From assembly GCA_042565725.1 (NCBI GenBank), contig JBHORK010000002.1, positions 5,049 through 69,048 of the forward strand: DNA of 64,000 nt, in the 5' to 3' direction. The notes beneath the pieces are model-generated. The model had not been told where the DNA came from. It saw only the letters and a list, made by a program, of their open reading frames with translations, and did no database searches. Positions within the stretch are counted from its first letter, which is position 1. The number at the start of each line of letters is the position of its first letter. Shown here one piece after another: positions 18,277-28,057 of this stretch. Source of the DNA: Verrucomicrobiota bacterium. Lineage in GTDB: Bacteria; Verrucomicrobiota; Kiritimatiellia; UBA8416; JBHORK01. The translations under genes and the position numbers were made by a program.

Positions 18277-19227
18277 TTAATCTTTCTGGACAATATTCTC
18301 TGCGTCCAGCACCGGATAACGCACCCCCTGGACTAAACGTTCTTTGCCGCTGATAACTAAATATCGCCCTACAAGAGAAGCAAGTTTTGATTCAGCCGCC
18401 GAAACATAACAAATCGTAATGGCCCGACCTCTGTTATCATATTTCACAAGACGGTATTTTTGAGGCGGGCGCAATAATACAAAACCTGAAGGCCGCAAAA
18501 CTCCTTCATGCCGAACCAGTTCATCCTGAAACCATTCCCGTGTCTCTGTTTCTTTGGACAAGTCCCCCACAAGATTTCTCGGTTCAGGCTTGATAATTCC
18601 TGAGCTCGCATAGTGTTGTTGCCCGGGCGAGTCAAGATCGATAATAATGCGGCCCGCAGGAGCTTGGACCGCAGAACGATTCGACTGTGGTTTCCGTGAA
18701 ACTACGGATTTTTTCGTGATCTTCTTCTTAACAGACGCGGCAACAGGCTTAGCCGGTTTAGAAGGCTTCGAAATAGACCTAGCATACTTACGGCTTATCC
18801 ATACCGTTATGTTTTCAGGAGGTGCTATCTTCAACCAGTCTTTAAATTCCCCGCGCACAGAGACCTTCCGGCCCTTTTTCAATTTACCTGCCGAACGATA
18901 ATCAATTCCCGGACCTATCCGAACATCGGCTTTAGAAGCTGCAACTGTTCCGTCACGTACAAGTTCCGCAAATACCCACATACTTACATTCGCAGGCGGT
19001 ACAACTCCTATCCATTCCCCATCCTTAACCACAACCAGAACATCGCCTTTGGATACCCGGCAGATAATTTCGGAATTTTCATCAGGCATGGATCTGATTT
19101 TTGCGCTATCGGCAATTACTTCAACCTTACCCCCAACGCCATCGGCCGAATTTAACGCCGCAAGGAACACGAATAAGATCATCAGAAAAGAAAAGCTTCT
19201 CATTTCAGACTTTCCCGGGGCAAACAA
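18277..19227 (-). CDS. secreted protein with two bacterial SH3-like domains
   Basis: Signal-like N-terminus. KIRSMPDENSEIICRVSKGDVLVVVKDGEWIGV and VRIGPGIDYRSAGKLKKGRKVSVRGEFKDWLKI are SH3_3-like. Confidence 0.6.
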   Translation of the reverse strand: MFAPGKSEMRSFSFLMILFVFLAALNSADGVGGKVEVIADSAKIRSMPDENSEIICRVSKGDVLVVVKDGEWIGVVPPANVSMWVFAELVRDGTVAASKADVRIGPGIDYRSAGKLKKGRKVSVRGEFKDWLKIAPPENITVWISRKYARSISKPSKPAKPVAASVKKKITKKSVVSRKPQSNRSAVQAPAGRIIIDLDSPGQQHYASSGIIKPEPRNLVGDLSKETETREWFQDELVRHEGVLRPSGFVLLRPPQKYRLVKYDNRGRAITICYVSAAESKLASLVGRYLVISGKERLVQGVRYPVLDAENIVQKD

Positions 19228-19248
19228 CGAAATGATTCCGCAATCAAG

Positions 19249-19401
19249 TTATTCTGACTTCGTTTTCGGCAGACCTAAGGCACGGTCTCCCTCTTTCCAT
19301 TTGCCACGTTCACTCAGGAGATCAATACGCTCGAAACGTTTTAACACATTCCGCTTCTTCTTGATCTTACTTGCAGACTTAAGACTTGAATGTTGAGTCA
19401 T
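19249..19401 (-). CDS. small basic protein (50 aa), not in ORF track
   Basis: Own translation: MTQHSSLKSASKIKKKRNVLKRFERIDLLSERGKWKEGDRALGLPKTKSE. From memory it resembles the conserved 'small basic protein' family seen in PVC-group bacteria. Confidence 0.55.
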   Translation of the reverse strand: MTQHSSLKSASKIKKKRNVLKRFERIDLLSERGKWKEGDRALGLPKTKSE

Positions 19402-19470
19402 TGTTCAAATTCCTCTTTTAAAGGCCCAAATACTTACCAGAATCCATATGAATGTCAAGAGACAAGTTGC

Positions 19471-19621
19471 CAGAATTCAGGAGTCAGAAATCAGAAGGCA
19501 GGAGAACGGAAGAGAAAACTTTGAACCTTGAACTTTAAATTGAGGAATTCTCCACGGCGAAATGAATAAGGGATGTGGGGAAGATATTCTGAATTCTGAC
19601 TTCTGAATCCTGAATTCTGAT
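19471..19621. repeat. inverted arrays of CTGA-core heptamers flanking an about 80-nt spacer
   Basis: cagaattcaggagtcagaaatcagaaggcaggag (19471-19504) versus attctgaattctgacttctgaatcctgaattctgat (19585-19621). Confidence 0.8.
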
Positions 19622-19686
19622 ATATTTTTACCATTGCACAGGCAAAATCTTCTATATAGAATGCCGACTAATTCAGGAGGAACACG

Positions 19687-20475
19687 ATGTTCAAATGGAA
19701 ACTTGATAAGCCACTGGCAGTCTTTGACATAGAAGCTACGGGCGTAACTCCGCGGGCCGACAGAATAGTGGAACTGGCTATTGTTAAACTTATGCCGAAC
19801 GGCAAGCGATCGACACATTGTTTTCGCGTAAATCCGGAGATGCCGATTCCGGCGGAAGCCATGCAAATCCACGGCATAACAGACGCCGATGTCGCAAGCT
19901 GTCCAACATTCAGTGAAAAAGCAAAAGAAATCTTCCAATTGCTTGAAGAATGTGATCTAGCCGGCTACAACATTCTGCGGTTTGATATCCCCATGCTGAC
20001 CGAAGAATTTCTGAGGGCCGACATAAAATTCGACATTACAAATAGAAGACTTATTGATGCTCAGCGAGTTTTCCATAAACGTGAACCAAGAGATCTTTCG
20101 GCCGCTCTTTCATTTTACTGTAACGAAATGCACATTGACGCTCACGGCGCAGAGTCGGATGTATTGGCTACCATTCGTGTAATGGAAGGGCAATTCGAGA
20201 AATATTCCGACCTTCCTCAAGACATTAGCGAGCTTGCTGAATACTGTAACCCTAAAAAGCCGGACTGGGTGGATAGAACAGGCAAGCTTAAGTGGAAAAA
20301 CAATGAGATTGTTCTGAATTTCAGCAAAAAGAAAGGCACACCCCTTAAGGAGCTGATTCAAAATGATTCCAGTTTCATTAAATGGATACTGAAGAGTAAT
20401 TTCCCACGAGACATGCATGAAATCATTCAAAACGCCATGAATGGCAAATGGCCGGAGCCGCCAGGAAAAAACTGA
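19687..20475 (+). CDS. DEDDh 3'-5' exonuclease (DnaQ/epsilon-like) with C-terminal extension
   Basis: VFDIEATG (ExoI), GYNILRFDIPML (ExoII), HGAESD (ExoIII). Confidence 0.8.
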   Translation: MFKWKLDKPLAVFDIEATGVTPRADRIVELAIVKLMPNGKRSTHCFRVNPEMPIPAEAMQIHGITDADVASCPTFSEKAKEIFQLLEECDLAGYNILRFDIPMLTEEFLRADIKFDITNRRLIDAQRVFHKREPRDLSAALSFYCNEMHIDAHGAESDVLATIRVMEGQFEKYSDLPQDISELAEYCNPKKPDWVDRTGKLKWKNNEIVLNFSKKKGTPLKELIQNDSSFIKWILKSNFPRDMHEIIQNAMNGKWPEPPGKN

Positions 20476-20485
20476 ATACCGACGA

Positions 20486-21871
20486 CTACTTCTTCTGATA
20501 CACTTTTTCTACTCTGGCGGCAATATCCTTATACCCAATGTCGACCTGATAAATCTGCTTGTAATACTCCGCTGCTTTCGCTGGATTGCCGATTATTTCC
20601 TGAATCTCACCAAGCTCATACAAGACATCCTTCTTTGTCGTATCCATTATCGGTATTTCAGAAGATGCCCCTTCCAACTGCTCAAGAGCCAGGTCGTATT
20701 GCTCTTTCTTCTTGAAACACATCGCAAGATGATAAAGTGTCCTGATCCGATGTTTGGGGCTCCTCTGCGACATCTGAAACTGTTGAATAGCCTCGTTAAT
20801 ATAGTCGTTATTAAACAACATAACACCCCATTCGAAACGCAGTTTCAAATCGTTTGGATATCGTTTTATGCGCTCCTGCATATTATCGAAAATGAACTGG
20901 GCCTTTTCCACCTGCTTTGCTTCAGTAGCTTCACCGGCCTCCTGCAGTCTGACAATTTCATCATCAAACTGCTGGGTCTGGACTTCAGTAAGAGCGTTGT
21001 CCAACTCCGGGTCACCCGGACTAAGCTCCAACGCCTTTTTGAGAATACTTACAGCCTCATTGAACATTTTTCTCTCAGCATAAAGACGTGATAAGCCCCT
21101 GTAATAATTGATGTTCCCGGGTTCCGCCTCAATTTTATTCTGATATTCCGCAATAAGAGCGTCTACATCCTTGTCTGCCTTTACAGCTTTAGATTCCTGT
21201 TCCAATAACACAGCTTTGTCAGTGTCTTTGATCATTTCCCGGAATGAACCGCCGGTTTTTGCCGCCGACTGCCAGCCATCAGTATTCATACTGTCAACTG
21301 CCATAGCGTCTTTAAGAATCTTTATTGCATCTGAATCATGCGGAGCCAGTGCACATACCTTCTCGAAACATTCACGCGCTGATTTAGTTTGCCCCGTCTC
21401 CTGATAAAACTTACCGAGTATGTTCAGGATCGGAATACTATCAGGACAACTCTCTTGCACTAATTCGAGCGTCTGAATCGCTACTTCGGTTAAACCGGCC
21501 GCATCCGCTGCCTGCGCGAAAATCTTTACAAATTCCGGATTCAACGGATCATTTTTCAAAAGATCCTCAGCCGATTCAAGCGCAGCTTCAAACTTACCGG
21601 TTTTAATCAATTTCATGGTCTTCAGGTAAGCAGGTGAACCGCTTACAGAGGAAACAACTTTAGAAAATATATTCTTCTTTTTTTGTTTTCCTCTTTGGAT
21701 CTCAGCTATTCTGAGATATTTGCGAGCTTGAGAAAGTCGTGGCTCCATTTTCACGCACGAAAACAGTAAATCAATTGCATAATCAAGATTTCCTCTTTCG
21801 AGTGCGACGAACCCTTTGTTATATAAATCCCGTGTCTTCTGCGGAACTTCTGTCAGCGCTTTTTCTGCCAT
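20486..21871 (-). CDS. TPR repeat protein
   Basis: Repeated about 34-aa A/Y/L-rich motifs throughout (e.g. AIQTLELVQESCPDSIPILNILGKFYQETGQTKSARECFEKV). Confidence 0.7.
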   Translation of the reverse strand: MAEKALTEVPQKTRDLYNKGFVALERGNLDYAIDLLFSCVKMEPRLSQARKYLRIAEIQRGKQKKKNIFSKVVSSVSGSPAYLKTMKLIKTGKFEAALESAEDLLKNDPLNPEFVKIFAQAADAAGLTEVAIQTLELVQESCPDSIPILNILGKFYQETGQTKSARECFEKVCALAPHDSDAIKILKDAMAVDSMNTDGWQSAAKTGGSFREMIKDTDKAVLLEQESKAVKADKDVDALIAEYQNKIEAEPGNINYYRGLSRLYAERKMFNEAVSILKKALELSPGDPELDNALTEVQTQQFDDEIVRLQEAGEATEAKQVEKAQFIFDNMQERIKRYPNDLKLRFEWGVMLFNNDYINEAIQQFQMSQRSPKHRIRTLYHLAMCFKKKEQYDLALEQLEGASSEIPIMDTTKKDVLYELGEIQEIIGNPAKAAEYYKQIYQVDIGYKDIAARVEKVYQKK

Positions 21872-21951
21872 ATCTTAACAACCCCCATTCGTTTAACAGA
21901 TAATAATGCTATTGGCTCACAACACGCTTGTCAAACAAAGAAATGGTATAA

Positions 21952-22062
21952 GGAGAATGGAGTGTTGGAACGTTGGAGTATTGGAAAAGAATTAATCATT
22001 ACTCACGCGCCACTCGCTACGCTTTGTGTAGCAGTTGGCAGCACTCCAAAACTCCAACAAAT
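21952..22062. repeat. TGGAG-core octamer words in inverted arrangement
   Basis: ggagaatggagtgttggaacgttggagtattggaaaag ... gcactccaaaactccaacaaat. The inner segment tattggaaaagaattaatcattactc recurs inverted at 57680-57707. Confidence 0.75.
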
Positions 22063-22152
22063 ATAACAATTACGTTTTTTTGATTTTTAAAGGCTTACAT
22101 CGCAAAAAGCTCAAGATTGCTTATTACATTTCTTTAGGTTATATATGGCATT

Positions 22153-23139
22153 ATGACAAAAAACACAATGCCATACAGCATCATAATCTTCCTGCTCACG
22201 GTCTCGCACTGCGTTTCCGGGAATATCTCCCCCGCCCCTTCTGTGCCTCTGAAAGAAATCATCTCACGATATTCTTTAAAGCCCGTTTTCAAAAACAAAA
22301 CGATAACGCTCAAAAACATGAATGCAACCCTGACATTTGAAAATAACAGCAGAAAACTGTTTTTTGAAGGTATCCTTGTCTGGCTGAATAGCCCTATGAC
22401 AAAGCACAATGAATTATGGTCAATCACTAATCATGACATGAACAGAACCATCGAGCCGCTTTTGAAACCGAGAAGTATTGCAAGCCGCCCTGACATATCC
22501 ACAATCGTAATTGATCCCGGACACGGAGGAAACGACCCCGGTGCAATCGGGCACAGAAAAGTTTACGAAAAAAAGGTAACATTGGATATCGCCAAACGTA
22601 TTAGCAAAAAACTTAACTCCTCAGGCTTAAACGTCAAACTTACCAGGACAAATGACAGCGCCTTGAGTCGTGCCGAACGAGTTACACGAACAAAAAGATG
22701 GCGTGGCAATCTTTTTATCAGCATTCATATTAATTGGGCATCCAACAAAGATGCATCAGGTATGGAAACATATATTCTGCCCGGTTACGGATTCCCTTCC
22801 ACATCGGGACACCCATACAACGGAAAACCATGTTCAGGCAATAAATATGATGCCGCCAATATGGCGCTGGCATATTACGTTCATAAAGGCATGCTGGTTC
22901 ATTCAAAAGCTGACGATAGAGGGATAAAACGTGCCCGATTTGACGTGCTTAAAAACGCATCATGCCCGGCAATACTTGTGGAATGCGGTTTTGTTTCGAA
23001 TCAGAAAGAAGAGGCCAAACTGATAGATGGAAAATATCGCGATTCCATAGCGGAAGGAATTACTCAGGGAATCCTGACATATGTTAGCAAAACAACCGAA
23101 CACCCAATATCCAACAAGGAATCTCCAATTTCCAAGTAG
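22153..23139 (+). CDS. N-acetylmuramoyl-L-alanine amidase (Amidase_3 family)
   Basis: IVIDPGHGGNDPGAIG, ISIHINW, GMETYIL, ARFDVLKNASCPAILVECGFVSN. The last 13 codons are encoded by a repeat word. Confidence 0.85.
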   Translation: MTKNTMPYSIIIFLLTVSHCVSGNISPAPSVPLKEIISRYSLKPVFKNKTITLKNMNATLTFENNSRKLFFEGILVWLNSPMTKHNELWSITNHDMNRTIEPLLKPRSIASRPDISTIVIDPGHGGNDPGAIGHRKVYEKKVTLDIAKRISKKLNSSGLNVKLTRTNDSALSRAERVTRTKRWRGNLFISIHINWASNKDASGMETYILPGYGFPSTSGHPYNGKPCSGNKYDAANMALAYYVHKGMLVHSKADDRGIKRARFDVLKNASCPAILVECGFVSNQKEEAKLIDGKYRDSIAEGITQGILTYVSKTTEHPISNKESPISK

Positions 23140-23260
23140 AGAGGCTGACTTGTCCGCCGCAGCTCCCGGAACGAAGGAGGAAGCCTTGGCGAAGCATGGT
23201 TGGTGAAGCTGAGTCATTGGTCTCTTTTTCTTCTGCTCAGGCTTCAGCCCTCCCTCAGCC

Positions 23261-23845
23261 CTACTTCCGCCTGGCTAACTTTTCCCTGCAAGCCGCAGCT
23301 CGCTCACTGGCTGCTGCTTCCATGCGTGAGTCATTGGCATTCTGGGCTCCGTACGCACCTGCAGCCTTTTCATAAGCATACGCGGCTTTCCTGCATGCGA
23401 ACAATGCGTTCGCCAGCCCTAACTTGTGCATCATCCTGGCGCTCTTCTCTTTTTCCTCAGCTTTCACCTGATTCTTTTTGTCTTTAAGTTTGTTGTATTC
23501 TTTTGTGGCATTCAGCCAATTGTTCGCAGCCATATCAAAATTTGAAGAAGCTTTCTCTTGCAAACCCGCGGCATTCCGCTCTTTATCCCCCGCCTTTTTA
23601 TAATTGCTTCTTCTTTCTTTTTCGTCAGTATAACCTTTTTTCCTCAAGCTCTCTGATTCAACAAGCAATTCTTCGGCCTCTGCCTGTTGTGTGATTGCGG
23701 CAATCTCACGATTTTCCGCCGCTTTCTCCCATTCCCCAGCCCGCTTCAATACCTTTTGATCTTCGTCTGCAGCCAGAGACAGGCTCACTACGACAGTCAG
23801 CAAAACCGTTATTATCAAACCGCGTTTAACTGCCGAATTGAACAT
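23261..23845 (-). CDS. hypothetical secreted coiled-coil protein
   Basis: Signal-like N-terminus MFNSAVKRGLIITVLLTVVVSLSLA, then E/K/A-rich helical sequence. No recognisable domain. Confidence 0.5.
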   Translation of the reverse strand: MFNSAVKRGLIITVLLTVVVSLSLAADEDQKVLKRAGEWEKAAENREIAAITQQAEAEELLVESESLRKKGYTDEKERRSNYKKAGDKERNAAGLQEKASSNFDMAANNWLNATKEYNKLKDKKNQVKAEEKEKSARMMHKLGLANALFACRKAAYAYEKAAGAYGAQNANDSRMEAAASERAAACREKLARRK

Positions 23846-23967
23846 AATTCAGCGCCTCCTAATAAGGAAAATATACTTCAATATTGACACAATGTCAATT
23901 CTCATCACTATATAAACACCGTAAAACGTTTAAATATGATACAATCTAATATTATTAAGAAAAGATT

Positions 23968-24933
23968 ATGAATATTACTATCATTGGCCCCGGCGCGATG
24001 GGCTGCCTGTTAGCCGGCTTTCTCAACGATACTTTTGGTTCAACCTCGGCAAACTCCGGTCGGGCCGAACATAAGGTGTGGCTTTTTGACAAGAATCCAG
24101 TCCGGTCCGAATCGCTTGCCCGTAACGGTATTCGTATCGATACTGACCAGGGATCGAGGAGCACCAAGGTCAATATAACAACTGACCCCGCGCAGATCGG
24201 TTACGCAGACACAATATTCCTATGCGTAAAATCGTACGATACTAGCGCTGCAATAAAACTCTCTCTTCCGATTATCACACCGGATACCACTGTCGTTTCT
24301 ATCCAGAATGGTGCCGGGAACGCTGAAAAAATTGTTGAGATGATCAACGCCAAACAAATTGTCTGCGGCATAACCGAACATGGCTCTACAACCCTTGGCG
24401 AAGGTCATATCCGTCATGCTGGCGAAGGCCCTACATCACTGGCTCCGTTTGTTTCGGAAGAAGTTGAACAAGCCTCCAGAGCTGCAGAACTACTGAACTC
24501 TGCCGGATTCAAAACATATATTGCAGGCGACACGGAAAGTATGATATTCAGTAAGCTCATTGTTAATGCAGCCATCAATCCTTTGACAGCTTTGTCAAAC
24601 GTCAGAAACGGCCAACTCCTGGAGAATCCGGAGCTGAGAAGAATAATGAGTGAGGCAGCGACTGAAGCTGCCAGTGTAGTAAAAGCCAAAGGCATTGTAT
24701 TAACTTATAACAATGTAACTACAGAGGTTGAGAATATTTGCCGCGCCACATCAAATAATATCTCATCCATGCTGCAGGATGTCCGCGCTGGCAAAAGAAC
24801 AGAGATAGACTCTATAACAGGAGTAATAGTAAACGAAGCTCATGCTTTGAATATAAAAGCGCCAACAAATGAGATGTTACTGGAACGTATAAAGAAAACA
24901 GAAAGGGAAAAACGTGAAACTAGACGCAACTAA
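23968..24933 (+). CDS. panE: 2-dehydropantoate 2-reductase (ketopantoate reductase)
   Basis: [19 protein letters not shown] Rossmann start; [23 protein letters not shown] block. Confidence 0.8.
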   Translation: MNITIIGPGAMGCLLAGFLNDTFGSTSANSGRAEHKVWLFDKNPVRSESLARNGIRIDTDQGSRSTKVNITTDPAQIGYADTIFLCVKSYDTSAAIKLSLPIITPDTTVVSIQNGAGNAEKIVEMINAKQIVCGITEHGSTTLGEGHIRHAGEGPTSLAPFVSEEVEQASRAAELLNSAGFKTYIAGDTESMIFSKLIVNAAINPLTALSNVRNGQLLENPELRRIMSEAATEAASVVKAKGIVLTYNNVTTEVENICRATSNNISSMLQDVRAGKRTEIDSITGVIVNEAHALNIKAPTNEMLLERIKKTEREKRETRRN

Positions 24934-26677
24934 AATGAAAGACTGGGAAATAGCGGAAGCCGCCGAAGAAAACATGAAAACAGTCAGTGAATTAGGCGAC
25001 ATACTTGGTCTTGAAGGTGACGAGTTAATCCCTGCAGGAAAAAGACTTGGCAAAGTTGATTTTTTAAAGATTCTTGAGCGCGTAAAAGACAAACCCCAAG
25101 CCAAGTACATCGATGTCACAGCCATCACCCCTACTCCGCTAGGCGAAGGAAAAACCACCACTTCAATGGGTCTGGTTGATGGGCTGGGCAAGATCAATAA
25201 GCGTGTTGTTGGCGCCATACGTCAACCGAGCGGCGGTCCGACATTTAACATCAAAGGTTCCGCGGCCGGCGGCGGTCTCGCTCAATGTATTCCGCTCACA
25301 GAATTCTCGCTGGGTCTTACCGGCGACATAGATGCAATCACCAATGCGCATAACCTCGCCATGGTGGCACTCACATCCCGTATGCAGCATGAAAACAACT
25401 ATGATGATGCACGGCTGGCCAAGAGCAATCTGAAACGGCTCGACATTGATCCTTCCCGTGTCGAAATGAAATGGATAATGGATTTTTGCGCACAGGCCCT
25501 GCGAAACATCAGGATCGGTATGGGCGGCAAGATGGACGGGTTTGAGATGGATTCAGGATTCGCCATCACTGTCTCCAGCGAAATCATGGCCATACTTGCG
25601 GTATCCAAAAATCTAAAAGACCTTCGTAAGCGTATGGCCAAAATTGTTGTCGCTTATGATAAGCAGGGTAACGAAGTAACAACTGCCGACCTGGAGGTTG
25701 ATGGAGCTATGACCGCGTGGATGGTGAAAGCCGTCAACCCGACATTGATGCAGAGCATAGAAGGTCAGCCCGTATTGGTTCATGCCGGACCATTTGCCAA
25801 CATCGCTATTGGACAAAGCTCAATTATGGCCGACGCAATCGGTTCAAGGCTGGGTGACTACCTGGTAACGGAAAGTGGATTTGGCGCTGATATTGGATTT
25901 GAGAAATTCTGGAATCTCAAGTGCCGATTCTCAGGCCTTAACCCCAACGCGGTTGTGATTGTTGCAACAATCAGAGCGTTGAAGATGCATGGAGGTGGAC
26001 CTACAGTCAAACCTGGCGTGCCGCTTGATGAAGTTTATATCAAAGAAAATCTGGGATATCTGGAAAAGGGCTGTTGCAACCTGGTCGCGCATATCGAGAC
26101 AGTAAAGAAGAGCGGTGTGCGTCCTGTCGTTTGCATCAACAGCTTCTATACCGACACAAAGAGCGAAATAGCGCTAGTTCGAAAAGTCGCCGAAGAAAAC
26201 GGCGCTCTGTGCGCGTTGTCTGAGCATTGGCTCAAGGGCGGCGATGGCGCCATTGAACTGGCGGAAGCCGTGGTTCAAGCTTGCGAGGAAGAAAACAACT
26301 TCAAGCTGCTCTACGAACTGGACAAACCGTTAAGAGAAAGAATTGAGATCATTGCTAAAGAAGTATACGGCGCTGATGGCGTCACTTACACTGATGAAGC
26401 TCTGGAAAAAGCAAAAATGTTTGAAGCTGATCCAATAGCCAAAGAGCTCGGAACGTGTATGGTAAAAACACATCTGAGCCTCTCGCATGATCCGAATCTT
26501 AAAGGACGTCCTAAAGGCTGGGAACTGCCGATCAGTGATATCCTTGTATATAAAGGAGCCGGCTTTATTGTACCAGTAGCAGGCGCTATCAAGCTGATGC
26601 CTGGCACATGTTCAGATCCCGCCTACAGGCGGATTGATGTTGATGTTGAAACAGGAAAAGTAAAGGGACTCTTTTAG
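24914..26677 (+). CDS. fhs: formate--tetrahydrofolate ligase
   Basis: [20 protein letters not shown] and overall length. GTG 24914 is preceded by AAGGGA; an alternative ATG lies at 24935. Confidence 0.9.
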   Translation: MKLDATKMKDWEIAEAAEENMKTVSELGDILGLEGDELIPAGKRLGKVDFLKILERVKDKPQAKYIDVTAITPTPLGEGKTTTSMGLVDGLGKINKRVVGAIRQPSGGPTFNIKGSAAGGGLAQCIPLTEFSLGLTGDIDAITNAHNLAMVALTSRMQHENNYDDARLAKSNLKRLDIDPSRVEMKWIMDFCAQALRNIRIGMGGKMDGFEMDSGFAITVSSEIMAILAVSKNLKDLRKRMAKIVVAYDKQGNEVTTADLEVDGAMTAWMVKAVNPTLMQSIEGQPVLVHAGPFANIAIGQSSIMADAIGSRLGDYLVTESGFGADIGFEKFWNLKCRFSGLNPNAVVIVATIRALKMHGGGPTVKPGVPLDEVYIKENLGYLEKGCCNLVAHIETVKKSGVRPVVCINSFYTDTKSEIALVRKVAEENGALCALSEHWLKGGDGAIELAEAVVQACEEENNFKLLYELDKPLRERIEIIAKEVYGADGVTYTDEALEKAKMFEADPIAKELGTCMVKTHLSLSHDPNLKGRPKGWELPISDILVYKGAGFIVPVAGAIKLMPGTCSDPAYRRIDVDVETGKVKGLF

Positions 26678-26797
26678 CCTGAATATATTCAGGCTATAAA
26701 GAATGGAGTAATGGAGTGTTGGAATATTGGAGTAATGGATAATGCATATTCTTTATTCCCACCAATACTCCAGCACTCCACCACTCCAAATTAATTT
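26676..26797. repeat. perfect palindrome AGCCTGAATATATTCAGGCT followed by an about 90-nt imperfect hairpin of TGGAG-core octamers
   Basis: Seen directly after the fhs stop. Left arm is aatggagtaatggagtgttggaatattggagtaatgga; right arm is ccaccaatactccagcactccaccactccaaatt. Confidence 0.8.
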
Positions 26798-26862
26798 TCA
26801 CTGAATCTGAAATAATACAAGGGGATCGCAAATACAAACATAATTGATTAAGGAGTCATGCT

Positions 26863-27759
26863 ATGACAGCAAAAATCATAAGCGGTAAGGATGTAGCGGA
26901 AGAGATCCGAAAGGAACTCAAGAAAGAAACTGAAGAACTTATCAACAGTAAGAACGTGATTCCGGGTCTGGTAACAATACTTGTAGGAGAAAATCCTGCA
27001 TCGATAAGCTATGTCACAGCAAAACAGCGGACGGCAAAGGAGCTGGGATTCTATTCCGTACAGGACAGTCAGCCGAAAGATATCAGCGAAGAAGCCCTGC
27101 TTGAACTGGTGGATAAATATAACAAGGACCCTAAAATACACGGAATACTCGTACAGCTTCCCCTACCCAAACACATCAACGAAACAAAGGTCCTGTATGC
27201 TATTGATCCGGATAAGGATGTGGATGGTTTTCATCCCGTAAATGTCGGAAGATTGATGGTCGGCGAGGCCAAGTTTCTGCCTTGCACGCCAGCGGGAATC
27301 CAGGAGTTACTGATCCGATCCGGCACAAAAACTGAAGGGGCCGAAGTTGTTGTTGTCGGCAGAAGCAATATCGTGGGTAAGCCGATCGCCAACATCCTGC
27401 TTCAGAAAGCAGACGGCGCGAACGCCACGGTAACTGTCTGCCACACACGCACCAAAGATATGGCTTCACACACAAAGCGGGCTGATATTCTTATTGTTGC
27501 CGCCGGCTTCCCTAACGCTGTGACCGCCGATATGGTTAAAGACGGAGCGGTTGTCATAGACGTTGGCGTCAACAGGGTCGGTGAGAAGGAAAGCAAGAAA
27601 ACACCGGGAAAAATGGTTGCCATTCTTAAAGGCGATGTTGATTTCGACGCGGTCAAAGAAAAGGCAAGCGCCATTACACCGGTACCCGGCGGCGTTGGGC
27701 CAATGACTATTACGATGCTCATGAGCAATACGCTCAAGAGCGCGAAGCTGGCAAGCTGA
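26863..27759 (+). CDS. folD: bifunctional methylenetetrahydrofolate dehydrogenase/methenyl-THF cyclohydrolase
   Basis: KIISGKDVAEEIR, PGLVTILVGENPASISYV, HGILVQLPLP, VVVVGRSNIVGKP, PVPGGVGPMT. Confidence 0.9.
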   Translation: MTAKIISGKDVAEEIRKELKKETEELINSKNVIPGLVTILVGENPASISYVTAKQRTAKELGFYSVQDSQPKDISEEALLELVDKYNKDPKIHGILVQLPLPKHINETKVLYAIDPDKDVDGFHPVNVGRLMVGEAKFLPCTPAGIQELLIRSGTKTEGAEVVVVGRSNIVGKPIANILLQKADGANATVTVCHTRTKDMASHTKRADILIVAAGFPNAVTADMVKDGAVVIDVGVNRVGEKESKKTPGKMVAILKGDVDFDAVKEKASAITPVPGGVGPMTITMLMSNTLKSAKLAS

Positions 27760-28057
27760 GCTGTGCTTAGACCTGGATAAAAATTTTAGACGGGATTAAC
27801 GGGATAGAAGAGAAAACAACAGCTCAGTTTTCTAATACGCTGAAAACTTCAGAAAAGTGGACACCCTGCCAAAACCCGGGGGATTCTTTCATAACCCCTC
27901 CGCCGGGAGGCGGATGTGAACCGCAGGAAGTATTTCTGAGCCAACTAACCGAAAGATTAACACCCAGAGATTCAAGCCCATTTACCGTTGACCATAAACC
28001 ATTATCTTTCTACCATCGTACATTCATTATAAATATTAATCGCGAAAGGGACTTACT

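Noticed and set aside
19477-19938. 153-aa minus-strand ORF spanning the repeat region and the exonuclease 5' end
   Set aside because: It overlaps the well-supported DEDDh exonuclease gene and runs through CTGA-heptamer arrays, so it is a repeat-driven open frame.
27760-28057. ZTP (pfl) riboswitch upstream of the purH-like gene
   Set aside because: I could not find the conserved GACUGGCG 5' core or the CCGCCUGGGC 3' pseudoknot strand. Only a loosely similar CCGCCGGGAGG is present. Kept only as a suggestion for a cmsearch check.
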